64,000 nucleotides of DNA from the human T2T-CHM13v2.0 reference genome, Homo sapiens, in NCBI RefSeq assembly GCF_009914755.1, contig NC_060947.1, one strand, 5' to 3'. The notes beneath the pieces were generated by a model. That model did not search any database, had not been told where the DNA came from, and saw nothing but the letters and a program-made list of their open reading frames with translations. Shown in pieces: positions 1 to 13,120 of the stretch. Position numbers and translations under genes: made by a program. How positions within the stretch are numbered: the first letter of the stretch is position 1; the number at the start of each line of letters is the position of its first letter.

Positions 1-2566
1 ATACCATGCAATTTTAATTTATTAATCAAATTGGGGGCAAGTGAGGTCAGGTGATATAACAAGTGAAATTCTCAATTGCATATGGTCATATTACACCATA
101 TAACGAAAAACTTATACTGTATTTTTTTTCCTCCAGTTTGAGATATAGTTAGGATATATTCCCTCAACCAATGGCAGAATTCCATTTGACTCCCTAACTT
201 GAGCCAAGTAAGGGCTCCCAGTACCTATCAAACAGTTTATTCCCCTAGGAGAACTGTAATTTGCCACTATAAATGACTTGAAAGATTTAAGCCTATTGAT
301 TCTTATAATAGACCTATTTAATTCTCCTATTTGGCCGATAAATAGTCCAATAGGTCTTGGAGAATGTTACTGGATGTTAGTAAACTTAATCAAATAGAAA
401 CTCTATAGCTGCAGTTCAAGGTGAGGTCTTCTTACTGTAGCAAATCAAAACTGCTAATGGTACTTGGTGTGAATTTTTTCATCTGGTGGAAGTACTTTTC
501 TTCTCGCTGATAATCAGAGAACACCCGCAGCAATTAGATTTTACCCAGGTGTATTAGTACACCTTTACCATTTTCCCTCAGGTGTTTGTTAACTTTGTTC
601 ATGCATAGTTAGAAGGGAACTGAACTGCCTCACCATCTTACAGGATATCCATGTTGGTCTGTTCCATTGATAAGGTATTGCTAAGAGGACCAGCGAAACA
701 GAAACTATCAGTTTTCCTTGATGCCTTGGAATAACATGCAAACATGTAGAAAAGAAATCTCAGGAAAGTAGAGCAAATTTCCCAGGAACCAACTAATCTG
801 AAGGCCTGTCAGGGCACCTCTTTCATGGTGAAGGAGAAAGACTTTATGTCCCTACTAATAAATAGAAAAATTCAGGAGTCTCTTTATTCTATGAAGATAA
901 CATAACATTTTTATTCTGACACATTTTCATGTGAGCCAGAGAAGAGAAATCTCTTCAGCTGCTTCTGTCATATCTTTTGCCCTTGTGATATGACAGATCA
1001 AAAATGATTAAAGTGTCACTAATATATTGGAATGCTTTATGAAGCCTGTGGTAAACTCAGATAGGACAACTTATATTGAAAACCATTAAAGTTTTGGAGT
1101 AAAGCCATAGCACCTGTTAAAAACAACTTTTGAGAAATAATTTCTGAGTTCCTACTGACTGCTGGTATATGTTAAAAAAACAGCATGAAACAGTAAGGAA
1201 ATATGAGATCCAAGTGCTCATGATGAATTGTGTTTATCTGTTACAGCTGAACATAGAGTTCAGCATGTCAGAAAGTATTTTTTCATCACGTGGAAACTGT
1301 AGACCCTAAAGGCACAAATAACTTTTATGAATTTATTTTTTTACATTCAGGAAATGATCTTACTCATACTACAATTATGTCTCCCCATCAATTGACACCG
1401 ATGGTCTTATGAGAAATATTATGACCAGTTGACTGAGAATGAAAAATAAACATTTGAATCTGGTTTGCAGATATTTTATGTAGAATATGCTTCATTATCC
1501 AAAATTAAACTCTACACTGTTACAGCTCCACTCTGAAATGACCCTAAAGGACAATAGAAAATGCAAATCCCAGTGGAAAGAAAGTAGAGCAATCTAATCA
1601 GTAGATCATCCATATTAGAAAAGAATATTCTCAGGCTCTGGCACTATTACTTGATGTTCATCTACATATCTCTTTCCCAGCCTCCTTGTCTTTAATCTAC
1701 CAAGATTTTTATCTCCCACGTGCCTGATCATCCAACAAGAGCAATGCACACTACTTTACAGTTGATGTGGAATCCTAATCATAGACTGTCTCTCCTTGAA
1801 GGAAAAGTAAACAGCAAGAAAACTGTATTAGTCCGTTTCCATGTTGCTGATAAAGACATACCCAAGTCTGGGCAATTTACAAAAGAAAGAGGTTTATCGG
1901 ACTTAACGGTTCCACATGGCTGGGGAGGCCTCACAATCATGGCAGAAGGCAAGGAGGAGCAAGTCACATCTTACGTGGTTGGTGGCAGGCAAAAAGAGAG
2001 CTTGTGCAGGGAAACTCCTGTTTTTAAAACCATCAGATCTTGTGAGTCTCATTCACTATCACAATAACAGCATGGGAAAGACTCGCCCCCATGATTCAAT
2101 CATCTCCCACTGGGTCCCTCCCACGACACGTGGGAATTATGGGAGTTACAAGATGAGATTTGGGTGGAGACACACAGCCAAACCATATAAAAAATATTGA
2201 GAATTTATTGGGACATAGCAGACAAATAATATTCATTAATATTCCATATGTGCTTTTCTCATCTAGTCCAGTGATTAACATGAAAAGTAACAACACGGGT
2301 TACTTCAGAGGTTAAGTATAATCTCAACAACATGGGATTTCCTTCAACTAAGCAGACATATTAAGTGCCACCATCAATAAGCTAATATTCCAGCAACAGT
2401 AACTGGTGCAGGTTATATGATATAGGGATTAATGGACTACCTGGTCATAGGTCATAAGTGGATTACATTGCATTGATCCCATTTTGTAGAGGGCAAGATT
2501 TTTCTATACATATGAATATATTTTAATTAAGATTTACTACTCACACCCATCCTTTCTTTTCCAGCA
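1..2566 (+). mobile_element. Degenerate ERVL-class internal region (pol RT/RNaseH/IN remnant); interrupted by THE1 and resuming briefly at ~4969-5100
   Basis: ~314-393 reads LFNSPIWP...SWRMLLDVSKLNQ (ERVL RT start). ~2460-2505 resembles the IN DYIGPLP..KGQRF region. Many stops and frameshifts. Confidence 0.75.
1824..2190 (-). mobile_element. THE1 (THE1B/C-like) MaLR solo LTR
   Basis: Starts tgtattagtccg...gctgataaagacatacc and ends cacagccaaaccatat. Near 5-bp TSD aaaac/aaaat. Confidence 0.92.
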
Positions 2567-2824
2567 TGTATTAGTTTGCTAAGGGCATCCATAACAAAAT
2601 CCCACAGCCTGGGTGTCTTCAACAACAGAAATTTATTTTTTCACATTTTTGGAGGCTAGAAGACCATGACCAAGGTTTCAGCAGGTTAGAGTTCTGAGGC
2701 CTCTCTCCTCGGCTTGCAAATGGCTGCCTTCTTGGTATGTCCTCACATAATCTTCTCTGTGTGCATTTACTCTTTGTATCTCTCTGTGTGCCCTAATCTC
2801 CTCTTGCTGTAAGACCATCAGCTA

Positions 2825-3128
2825 GGCCAGGTGTGGTGGCTTATGCCTATAATCCCAGCACTTTGGGAGGCCAAATGCGGGTAGATCACCTAAGGTCGGG
2901 AATTTGAGACCAGCCTGGCCAACATGGCGAAACCCCATCTCTACTAAAAATACAAAAATTAGCCAGGTGTGGTGGTGGGCACCTGTAATCCCAGCTACTC
3001 AGGAGGCTGAGGCAGGAGAATCACTTAAACTCAGGAGGTGGATGTTGCAGTGAGCCAAGATTGTGCCACTGCACTCCAGCCTCGGTGAGAAGGTGAGATT
3101 CCATCTCAAAACAAAAACAAAAACAAAA
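2825..3128 (+). mobile_element. AluS (Sx-like)
   Basis: Full dimer with (CAAAAA)n tail. Degenerate TSD aagaccatcagcta / aagaatatcagctt. Confidence 0.95.
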
Positions 3129-3172
3129 GAATATCAGCTTTATTTGATTAATAGCCTCATTTAACATCCTAA

Positions 3173-4841
3173 TGTGTCCGGAATTGGTGGGTTCTTGGTC
3201 TCACTGACTTCAAGAATGAAGCCGTGGACCCTCGCGGTGAGTGTTACAGCTCTTAAGGTGGCGCGTCTGGAGTCTGTCCCTTCTGATGTTCAGATGTGTT
3301 CGGAGTTTCTTCCTTCTGGTGGGTTCATGGTCTCGCTGGCTCAGGAGTGAAGCTGCAGACCTTCGCGGTGAGTGTTACAGCTCTTAAGGCAGCGCGCCTG
3401 GAGTTGTTCGTTCCTCCCGGTGGGCTCATGGTCTCGCTGGGCTCAGGAGTGAAGCTGCAAATCTTTGTGGTGAGTGTTACAGCTCATAAAAGCAGCGTGG
3501 ACCCAAAGAGTGAGCAGTAGCAAGATTTATTGCAAAGAGCGAAAGAACAAAGCTTCCACAGTGTGGAAGGGGACCCGAGCGGGTTGCCACTGCTGCCTCT
3601 GGCAGCCTGCTTTTATTCTCTTATCTGGCCCCACCCACATCCTGCTGATTGGTAAGAGTCGAGTGGCCTGTTTTGACAGGGCGCTGATTGGTGTGTTTAC
3701 AATCCCTGAGCTAGATACAAAGGTTCTCCATGTCCCCATCAGATAAGTTAGATACAGAGTTTCGACACACAGGTTCTCCAAGGCCCCACCCGAGCAGCTA
3801 GATACAGGGTGTCGATTGGTGCATTCACAAACCCTGAGCTAGACACAGGGTGCTGATTGGTGTGTTTACAAACCTTGAGCTAGATACAGAGTGCCGATTG
3901 GTGTATTTACAATCCCTGAGCTAGACATAAAGGTTCTCCACATCCCCACCAGAGCAGCTAGATACAGAGTGTCGATTGGTGCACTCACAAACCTTGAGCT
4001 AAACACAGGGTGCTGATTGGTGTATTTACAATCCCTGAGCTAGACATAAAGGTTCTCCAAGGCCCCACCAGAGCAGCTAGATACAGAGTGTCGATTGGTG
4101 CATTCACAAACCTTGAGCTAGACACAGGGTGCTGACTGGTGTGTTTACAATCCCTGAGCTAGATATAAAGACTCTCCACGTCCCCGCCAGACTCAGGAGC
4201 CCAGCTGGCTTCACCTAGTGGATCCCGCAGCGGGGTGGCAGGTGGAGCTGCCTGCCAGTCCCCTGCCGTGTGCTCGCATTCCTCAGCCCTTGGGTGGTTG
4301 ATGGGACTGGGCGCCGTGGAGCAGGGGGTGGTGCTCTTTGGGGAGGCTCCGGCCGCACAGGAGCCCATGGAGTGGGTGGGAGGCTCAGGCATGGTGGGCT
4401 GCAGGTCCCGAGCCCTGCCCCGCGGGAAGGCAGCTAAGGCCCGGTGAGAAATCGAGCGCAGCGCCGGTGGGCTGGCACTGCTGGGGGACCCAGTACACCC
4501 TCTGCAGCCGCTGGCCCGGGTGCTAAGTCCCTCATTGCCTGGGGCCAGCAGGGCTGGCCGGCTGCTCTGAGTGCGGGGCCCGCCAAGCCCATGCCCACCC
4601 GGAACTCCAGCTGGCCCGCAAGTGCCGCAGGCAGCCCCGGTTCCCGCTAGGGCCTCTCCCTCCACACCTCCCTGCAAGCTGAGGGAGTGGGCTCCAGCCT
4701 TGGCCAGCCCAGAAAGGGGCTCCCACAGCGCAGCAGCGGGCCGAAGGGCTCCTCAAGTGCCGCCAAAGTGGGAGCCCAGGCAGAGGAGGCGCCGAGAGCG
4801 AGCGAGGGCTGTGAGGACTGCCAGCACGCTGTCACCTCTCA
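3173..4841 (-). mobile_element. LTR12C-like ERV9 solo LTR (1669 bp)
   Basis: On the minus strand it starts TGAGAGGTGACAGCGTGCTGGC and ends CCAATTCCGGACACA. Perfect 4-bp TSD ctaa (3169-3172 and 4842-4845). U3 tandem ~41/79-bp repeats and U5 repeats are present. Confidence 0.96.
3585..4170 (-). promoter_or_regulatory. ERV9 U3 enhancer repeats and promoter (CCAAT/NF-Y and GATA motifs; AATAAAA TATA-like box at ~3610-3617)
   Basis: Eight gattgg (CCAATC on minus) plus one gactgg variant between 3646 and 4140, interleaved with agata. Minus-strand AATAAAAGCAGGCTGCC. Activity is inferred from known ERV9 LTR biology. Confidence 0.75.
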
Positions 4842-5954
4842 CTAATATCCTAACAGCCTCATTTAACGTAATCAGCGTTTTGTAGGCACTATCTTCAAAT
4901 ACAATCACATTCTGAGATATTAGGGTTTCAACATATGAATTGGTGGAGGCACAATTCACCCCATAACACTGCACTTATGAAACATTTAGTACAATTATAA
5001 TACCTCATACAATTTTCCTTCTGCAAAGTAAACTGATTCACAAAGAAATATGAATGGACTGCCCATGTGATTCCATTGAAACTAACAAATACCCAGTGAC
5101 TGAGGGAGAATTTAACTCACTTTTCTCAAAAGCTGATAATCAGGAAGATTAAAACATTACTAGAGGTACTTACTACCTGAACCACAAAATCAACAGGTTT
5201 GCTTTAAGCAACATATACAGAACCTATTTTTTCAAGAACATATGAAACATTAACAAAAAGGTATTTTCTACTATGTCCCAAAGGTATTTTAAATTAATAC
5301 TTAAGAATCCAAAATATACCTATCACAGTCTCTGAGTATGGCATAATAAAATGAGAAATCAATAATGAGTGCTTTTATGTATAACTAAAAAATTAAAACT
5401 TTGGAAATAAACAAAAGCACATGAATCAAATAAAAAACGATGATGGAAATGATAAAGCATTTAGAGCTGAAAGGCAAGGGAGACATTACATAGCAACATT
5501 TGTGTTGTGCTAGAAAAAGAGAACTTAGTGGGAAAAGTATGGGTACAAATGCATGCATTATAGAACAAACAAACAAAATGATCAAAAATTAATGAGCTAG
5601 TTCTTCCACTCTATACATTAGAAAAACAGAAGAAACTCATAGAGATAGAAGAGAACAACAAAAATTAATGAATGGTAAATAAGAAGTAGATTCAACACAC
5701 GCTAGCATTAGTTCTTTGAAAACACATAAAATTGGCAAACTGCTTGCAAGAGTATACAGGAGAAAATAATTCTAAAAATGAAAACAGACATAACTAAACC
5801 TTAAAGAGTGTCTCAAATAGTTTGGGGAAGTTTGGGAAAATTTGAAATGGACCACGCGAACTATCAAAAATGACTCAAGAGAAATTAGAAAATATGAATA
5901 TAACGATTACAGAAATCAAATCTATAAGTTATTGTTAACAATGTTCTCCTGTAA

Positions 5955-6335
<381 letters not shown>

Positions 6336-6384
6336 TGAAACTGTTTCGGTTAAAAATTTTTAAAAAGAAATTCTTATTTCATTC

Positions 6385-6395
6385 ATATATATATG

Positions 6396-6455
<60 letters not shown>

Positions 6456-6456
6456 C
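6385..6456. repeat. (TA)n(TG)n(TA)n microsatellite
   Basis: Directly visible. Confidence 0.97.
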
Positions 6457-7591
6457 AATTTTATTAATCTGGAATGGTTTGAAATCTGAGAAGTGTTAGC
6501 ATGCGAAGGAAACATTACAGATTTATGAACAGAGATGCAAATATCTTAAATAAAATATTAGCAAACTGAATCTAGTAGTATATAAAATATATCATAACAA
6601 TAGATTTCTTTTGAGATGAAGAGATGTTGTAACAAAACAAATCTATTACATCACCTTTAAGAGATTAAAGAAAAATTACAGGATCATATAAACGAAAGCA
6701 CAAAAGAGCATTCAGTAAAAGAAACAGATATTTCTAATAAGAACTCTTAGCAATCTAGATATTTGGGAAATTTATAAAATATATTTGCCTAATATGTACA
6801 ACAGGCATACATAAAGTGACTGACTTTATCTTTTATGTCAGAAGAAGACAAAAACTCTCATTCTCACTGCTTATTTTTCCTATCATACTAAAATTACTAG
6901 ATAAGAACACCTGAAACAAAATAAATAAGAATAAAGGAAGTAGAAACAAATACAGTTTTGTATCAATATTAGATTCTATTGATAATATTAATAAAATTTT
7001 AAATAACTAATTATACAACTAACAGGAAGTGTGTAATATTTATAGATAAAAAAATGAAATTTTTGCTGAAGTACTAAAAAGATGACCCAAATAATTGGAG
7101 AGACCTAACGTATTTCTTGAGAAAAAGGCAATGTTTTAAAGAGGTCAAATCTTATACATATCAATCTATAAATTCAGTAACGACATGATGAAAAACTTGA
7201 CAGCATTTTTGTAAGCTTTTTTTTAAGATTATAAGCCTACTTATTTGTGAAAATTAACATATGAGTGTGGAAAAAGCAAACGAAACCATACAAAAGCGGA
7301 CAAGAGGAAAAGTAAGTTTCAAACTACTGACCTCATTTCCCCCAGCTGACCTCCCCAGAGGCAATAGCTATTCATATTTTCGTGCATTTCTTCCAGAGAT
7401 AATCTATACATATGTATGTGTTTGTTTATGTATATAAAAATACACCCATTTCTACGGGATTGTTAGCATAACATTCACACTATGCTTTACTTTCTTTCTT
7501 TTAACTTTTTACTGAGTATATTTTGGAGCGAAATCCTGTTGACACATGTATATCTACCACAACTTGGAAATTGCTAGATAGTATTCCAGGA

Positions 7592-8087
7592 TGTATTTGT
7601 TTTCTATTGTTGTTTTTAAAATTATCACAAACTTTGTGTTTTGCACCACCAAACATTTAATTTCTTATAGTACTGGAGGATCGGAAGTATGGGCTCAAAT
7701 AAATTCAAAGTTTTGGCAGGGCTGGTTTTTTCTGGAAAGTCTAAGGGAGTATCTGTTTTCCTGTTTTCTTTTTTTTCTTTTTTTCAACTTCTAGTGACTG
7801 ACTGGTTTTATCCCTTTGTTTGTGGCCTCTTCCTCTCGTCACTCCAATCTCTGTTTCTACCATTACACTGTCTTCTCCTCTGTAGTAATGTCTCTCACTG
7901 CTTTCCTTCATAAAAGGACACTCGTGATTACATTGGACCTATGTGAAAAATCCAGGATAATCTCCCAATCGCAAATTATTTTATTTAATATCATTTTCAA
8001 ATCCCCTTTTTCTATATAAGGTAAAATATTTATAAGGTTTTGGGATTAGAAAGTGGATATCATGGGAAAGTTATTCAGTCTACCACA
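7592..8087 (-). mobile_element. MLT1-family (D/E-like) LTR
   Basis: tgtatt...attatcacaaac...gtgattacattggacc...aatccaggataatctccc...cagtctaccaca. Confidence 0.75.
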
Positions 8088-8595
8088 AGATATAGTAAAA
8101 TAACAAAACAGATTTCACTACTTCCTTAACAATGTGTATTAAAGTTTTTTTCTAATTTGTTGCTACAGTAGACAGAACTTCAATGCATATCTTATAAAAA
8201 CATGTATACATACATATAATAATATATAAAATATATAAATGAGGGAAGATAGGAAAATTTTCCTTGATAGAGGTCAACTAATTTAACTCCCTCCAAAAAA
8301 CAAATTTTAGAGCTCCAATGCCTGTTTACCACATGTTGTGTTTATCTTTCAGAACTCTTATAAATCTAATTTTATTCATTGATTCTTCCCATCTTTGCAG
8401 GCGGTTTATCATATGAACAAAGCAGGACCTCTTCTTTGCTTCCCTTATAATTTATATACACCTTGACACATATATTTTTCTAATTGCATTGGCTAAGATT
8501 TCGAATGAAATGTTCAGTAGTCATTGGGAAAGTGTGCAGTATTGCGAACAATGTTTCCTTTTTGACATTTGCCAGTCTAACAGGTAAGAATGGTA

Positions 8596-9147
8596 TTTTT
8601 TTATTATACTTTAATTCTGGGGTACACGTGCAGAACGTGCAGGTTTGTTATATAGGTATACACGTGCCGTGGTGGTTTGCTGCACCCATCAACCCATCAT
8701 CTACGTTAGATATTCCTCCTAATGCTCTCCTTCCCCTAGTCCCCCACCCCCCAACCGGCCCCGGTGTGCGATGTTCCCCTCCCTGTGTCCATGTGTTCTC
8801 ATTGTTCAACTCCCACTTAGGAGTGAGAACATGCAGTGTTTGGTTTTCTGTTCTTGTGTTAGTTTCCTGAGAATGATGGTTTCCAGCTTCATCCATGTCC
8901 CTGCAAAGGACGTGAACCCATCCTTTTTATGGCCGCATAGTATTCCATGGTTTACATGTGCCACATTTTCTTTATCCCGTTTATTATTGATGGTCATTCG
9001 AGTTGGTTCCAAGTCTTTGCCATTGTGAACAGAGCCACAATAAACATATGTGTGCATGTGTGTTTATGGTAGCATGATTTATAATCCTTAGGGTATATAC
9101 CCAGTAATGGGATTGCTGGGTCAAATGATATTTCTAGTTCTAGATCC
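8596..9147 (-). mobile_element. 5'-truncated L1PA7/8-like 3' end
   Basis: ttattatactttaattctggggtacacgtgcagaacg... L1PA 3'UTR plus the ORF2 C-terminus. Confidence 0.9.
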
Positions 9148-9270
9148 ATTAAAGTTATTTTAATAAGATTATAGCTATTTTTGTTTATTTGTATGAACCA
9201 TGTGTTCACATTCTTTTCCTATTTTTTCATGCTTTTCTTATTTATTTGGAAAAATTTTATGTTTTTTAAA

Positions 9271-10054
9271 AATTGTTTTATTGTAGTAAGAGCAGTTAAC
9301 ATGAGATCTACTGTCTTAAAAAATTATCCTGTAAAATATGGTATTGTTAACTATAGGTGTAGTGTCGGACAGCAGATCTCTACCACTTATTGGTTTTGCA
9401 TAATTGAAATATTGTGCCAGTTGATTTTAAAAAATCCCCACTTGCCCCTCTCCTGCGGTCCTTGGTAGCCACTATTCTGCTTTCTGATTTTATGAGTTTG
9501 ACAATTTTAGATACGTCATGTAAGTGGAATCCTGCAGTATTTGTCTTTCTGTGACTGTCTTGATTTTGCTCAACATAATGTCCTCTAGGTGCATCCATGT
9601 TGTCACATTTTGCAGATTTACCTCCTTTGAAAAGCTGAATAATGTTAACATCAAGTGCAGATACCACATTTTGTTTATCCATCCACCTATTGATGGGCGT
9701 TTAGTTTGTTTCCACATCTTGTCTGTGAATCTCTTAGAAAAACACTTTGGAGAAAATATTCATCACGTCAGTGATTTCCTGAATATAGCATCAAAAGGAT
9801 AGGTAACAAAAGCAAAAACAGACCAGTGGAACTACATCCAACAAACAAGCTTTTGCACAGCAAAGAAAGCAATCAATAGAACAAAAAAGCAATCTACAGA
9901 ATGAGAGGAAATAACAGATATGAGATTAATTACCAAAATACATAAGAAACTCCTACAACTCAATAGCAACAACGATAAAAGAAAAACAAAATAAAACAAC
10001 AACAACAAAAAACAAATACTAATAGCCCAATTTAAAAATAGGCTGAAGAGCTGA
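9271..10054 (-). mobile_element. L1MA9/L1MB-like 3' end with an inverted 5' segment (9729-10054 on +)
   Basis: Minus-strand 3'UTR switches to plus-strand ORF2 at ~9729. TSD atgttttttaaa (9259-9270) / atgttatttaaa (10055-10066). Confidence 0.75.
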
Positions 10055-10930
10055 ATGTTATTTAAACAAATCCTTTGACAAATCTGCTGTAAATATTTCT
10101 CTGTTTGTCAAGTGATGTTTTTCTTAATAACATTTTGGTATGCAAGTGAATTGTTCTGCTTTGCAAGCGAATAAAGTTTTATATAGTTAAATTTGTATTT
10201 TTTTCACGGCTTCTCTAGTATTGGTTTTGCTTAAAAGAACTATGCTAACATTATTTGAAAAATTCTCACACTTTTCCTGGTACATTATGGTTTTGAATTT
10301 TATTTCTAAACAACTGATTCATCTGCAATTTTGTTGTAACAAGATAGGGACACAGCTTTATATATAGGTGACTAGCCAATTGTCTCAACACCATTTAATG
10401 AATAAACCCCACAAATTTAAAATATTATATTTAATATGTAATAATTGACACTTTCAGTTGGATCTCTTTTTGGATCTATCCTATTCATTTGTTCTGTCAT
10501 TCTAATACCGTACCAATTCCTACTAGTTTTAATAATTGTATCTTTGTAGTATTTTAAATTTTGATAGGGCTGGTGCTTCCTCATTGTCTTCCAGAATTTG
10601 GCTGGCGGTCTTAAAGGTTTATTTTGTTAATGTGAACTTTAGAATCTGTGTCTATAATATAGTATTTTATTGTCCAATTTTAAGATATTTTATACTGTAT
10701 ACCCAGATTTTTCTGAAAACTTTTCATAGTATCTTAAAGATTTCTTCACATAAGTACTGAATATTTTTGTTTTATATTTCATATGTCTATTTTAAATGGG
10801 AACCTTTCTTTCATTTCTAAGTTTTTTATATCTTGAAAAGTTATTATTTTTAACATATTCCTTTCTTAATGAGCCACGTTGTGGAATCCATCTATTATTT
10901 TCCCATTAGTTTTAAGTATATTTTTCTTTT
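10055..10930 (-). mobile_element. Old L1ME ORF2 remnant (host of the preceding insertions; further pieces ~7330-7590, 8090-8400, 9150-9270)
   Basis: T-rich L1 antisense motifs, e.g. tagccaattgtctcaacaccatttaatgaataa. Confidence 0.6.
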
Positions 10931-10943
10931 AAAATATGCAACA

Positions 10944-11260
10944 GGCCAGGCGCGGTGGCTTATGCCTGTAATCCCAGCACTTTGGGAGGCCGAGGTGGGT
11001 GGATCACGAGGTCAGGAGATCGAGACCATCCTGGCCAACATGGTGAAACCCCATCTCTACTAAAAATACGCAAAATTAGTCAGGCGTGCTGATGCACGCC
11101 TGTAGTTCCAGCTACTCAGGAGGCTGAGGCAGCAGAATGGCTTGAACCCAGGAGGCGGAGGCTGCAGTGAGCCGAGATCGCACCGCTGCACTCCAGCCTG
11201 GGCAACAGTGCGAGACTCTGTCTCAAAAACAAACAAAAAAAAAAAAAAAGAAAAGAAAAG
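10944..11260 (+). mobile_element. AluSc-like
   Basis: ggatcacgaggtcaggagatcgagaccatcctggccaac. TSD aaaatatgcaaca / aaaatatgaaaca. Confidence 0.95.
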
Positions 11261-11655
11261 AAAATATGAAACACATGCAAATGGCACACAGTTTCAAAGT
11301 TACAAAGCTGTCTATGGGTAATATAAGTGACCATACCCTTGACCCCCAGTCCCCTATTTCCCCTCTCCTAAGGCAAACATTTTGATCGGTTTCTTATCAG
11401 GGCACAGCACAATATTTTCACTGTGAATTTTTTCTCTACAAGTGCATACGGTACTTACTCATTCCATTACATTTATATACCATAATTTATTTAATCATCC
11501 CCCAACTTACTGGCATTTAAGTTGTTTTCTGCTCTGGAAATACTTATCTATATGTTATTGTGCATCTATGGGACTATAATTGTAAGACAATTTCCTAGAA
11601 GATAAGTTGCCTGGTCAAAGGATACATAGCTTTATTTATTTTTCTGTTTAGACAT

Positions 11656-11745
11656 TATATACATACATACACACACACACACAGAGAGAGAGAGAGACAT
11701 ATACACACACATATGCACACAACCACACATACTCATATATGCATA
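11656..11745. repeat. Compound (TA/CA/GA)n microsatellite
   Basis: Directly visible. Confidence 0.9.
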
Positions 11746-12569
11746 TAAATTTACTTACCTTTGTGTAAATTATTCCTGGACTTGCTATTTGAAGGAAGTT
11801 GAAGTGAAGAAGGGGCCAAGACCATCTTACAGGCTAGCAGGTGAGAATTTTGCTATGATTTAGAGTTCTATTTTATAAGTCAGTTCTGGGGTCTTCTCTT
11901 CTCCCCAGTAGACCTCATATCAACAATAGAGAACCACTCATGTGAAGTTTCTCTCCTCCATCTTGCATTATTATTGCCAACAGGCTTGCCAGGGGCTTCT
12001 TTATTCAGGCCCACTCTCCTTACTTCTCAAATTTGTTATCAAGTTGGGTTCAGAAAAGCTTCCTCTGTCAGCCTCATTATTTGTTATTTGTTCCCGTTAT
12101 GAACCAGTTTTTGCTGTTCTCTTCAATATTGGACACTTAGAGTTGTGCTCAACCACTGGACTGAGATTAGTCATGAGAGCCCTACCTCAGTGTCTTCTCA
12201 TATCTGTTTGACTTTCACTCCATTTAGAAGTCTTTTCTCATATATATACGTGGGGGTTATAGATATCCCCAAATTTATTGAAGATAATGTTTGTGTTATT
12301 TTTTTAAACATGTTTATTGCTTTTAAGGGTAGAATACCTGAAAGACAATGAGAAAACAATTCCATTTATTCTGTTATTTTAAAATTGAAAGTCTCTAATC
12401 CCTTTCCATTGATTCTTTTGTGTATTTTATGTGTATCAATTACTATAAATGAATAATATGCTTTCTTGTTTTGCATTCTTATGTCTCATTGGGTTGGCTC
12501 CTATATTCATAGCAAAATTAAATAGCCAAATTAATGGTGGACATTCTTCCTTTGCTTGTGCGCTTAATG

Positions 12570-13120
12570 GAGTCTGGGGCCGTTGGGGCCACCCTAGCTC
12601 TGGGGCCATGTGTGATGGCCTGAACTTGGGGTCTGTGGGTGCTAGCCTGGTGCTGAGGCAAGCCTAAATCATGAGGCCATGAGAGCCAGCCTGGTACCCG
12701 GGGCTGGCCTAGCAATGGAGCAGGCCTGGAGGCACGGTCTACTGGAACAGGCCTGGCAGTGGGACTGGCCTAGAACCTGGGGCCAAAGGAACCTACCTGG
12801 TGCTAGATTTCGCTGGAGTGGGTTAGGTGCTGGGGTCCAAGGCAAATTCTGGTGCTCACTTCCCTCTCCTTCCTTTTTACAGAAGATATCATTGTCCACA
12901 CTCTGCTGCCTGGGGTTGGGGTAGGTGTGACACAGGTAATGTGAAACTGTCTTGACTACCCTCTTCAATGTGTCTTTTTTACTTCTATGCTACATCCAGG
13001 TGCTAAAATTTCTCAACTGGTTTACTTAGCTCTTGGGAAGGTAATTTTATGCATAGACAATTGTTCAAATTGATGTTTCTGGGAAATGATAAGCACTGGA
13101 AAATCCTATTCTACCATCTT
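12570..13120 (-). mobile_element. Old L1M 5'UTR remnant with degenerate GC-rich ggcctgg subrepeats
   Basis: Ends cctattctaccatctt (AAGATGG..AATAGG L1 5' terminus on minus). Confidence 0.55.

Larger units (their letters stand above)
2567..4968 (-). mobile_element. MLT1 (MLT1B/C-like) LTR split into three pieces by an Alu and LTR12
   Basis: tgtattagtttgct...ataacaaaat...aacaacagaaatttatt at the start and cacaattcaccccataaca at the end. Flanks cagca/ctgca. Confidence 0.8.

Noticed and set aside
3200-4170. Regularly spaced direct repeats that superficially resemble a CRISPR array
   Set aside because: The intervening sequence is itself repeated (no unique spacers) and there are no cas genes. These are the standard ERV9 LTR12 U3/U5 tandem repeats.
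4159-4974. Overlapping 60-172 aa GC-rich ORFs
   Set aside because: Stop-poor frames inside the GC-rich part of LTR12C, with no protein family signature.
11750-12400. Apparently unique sequence as a possible exon region
   Set aside because: No convincing ORF or splice pair. It probably represents a highly decayed L1M 5' region that I cannot identify confidently.
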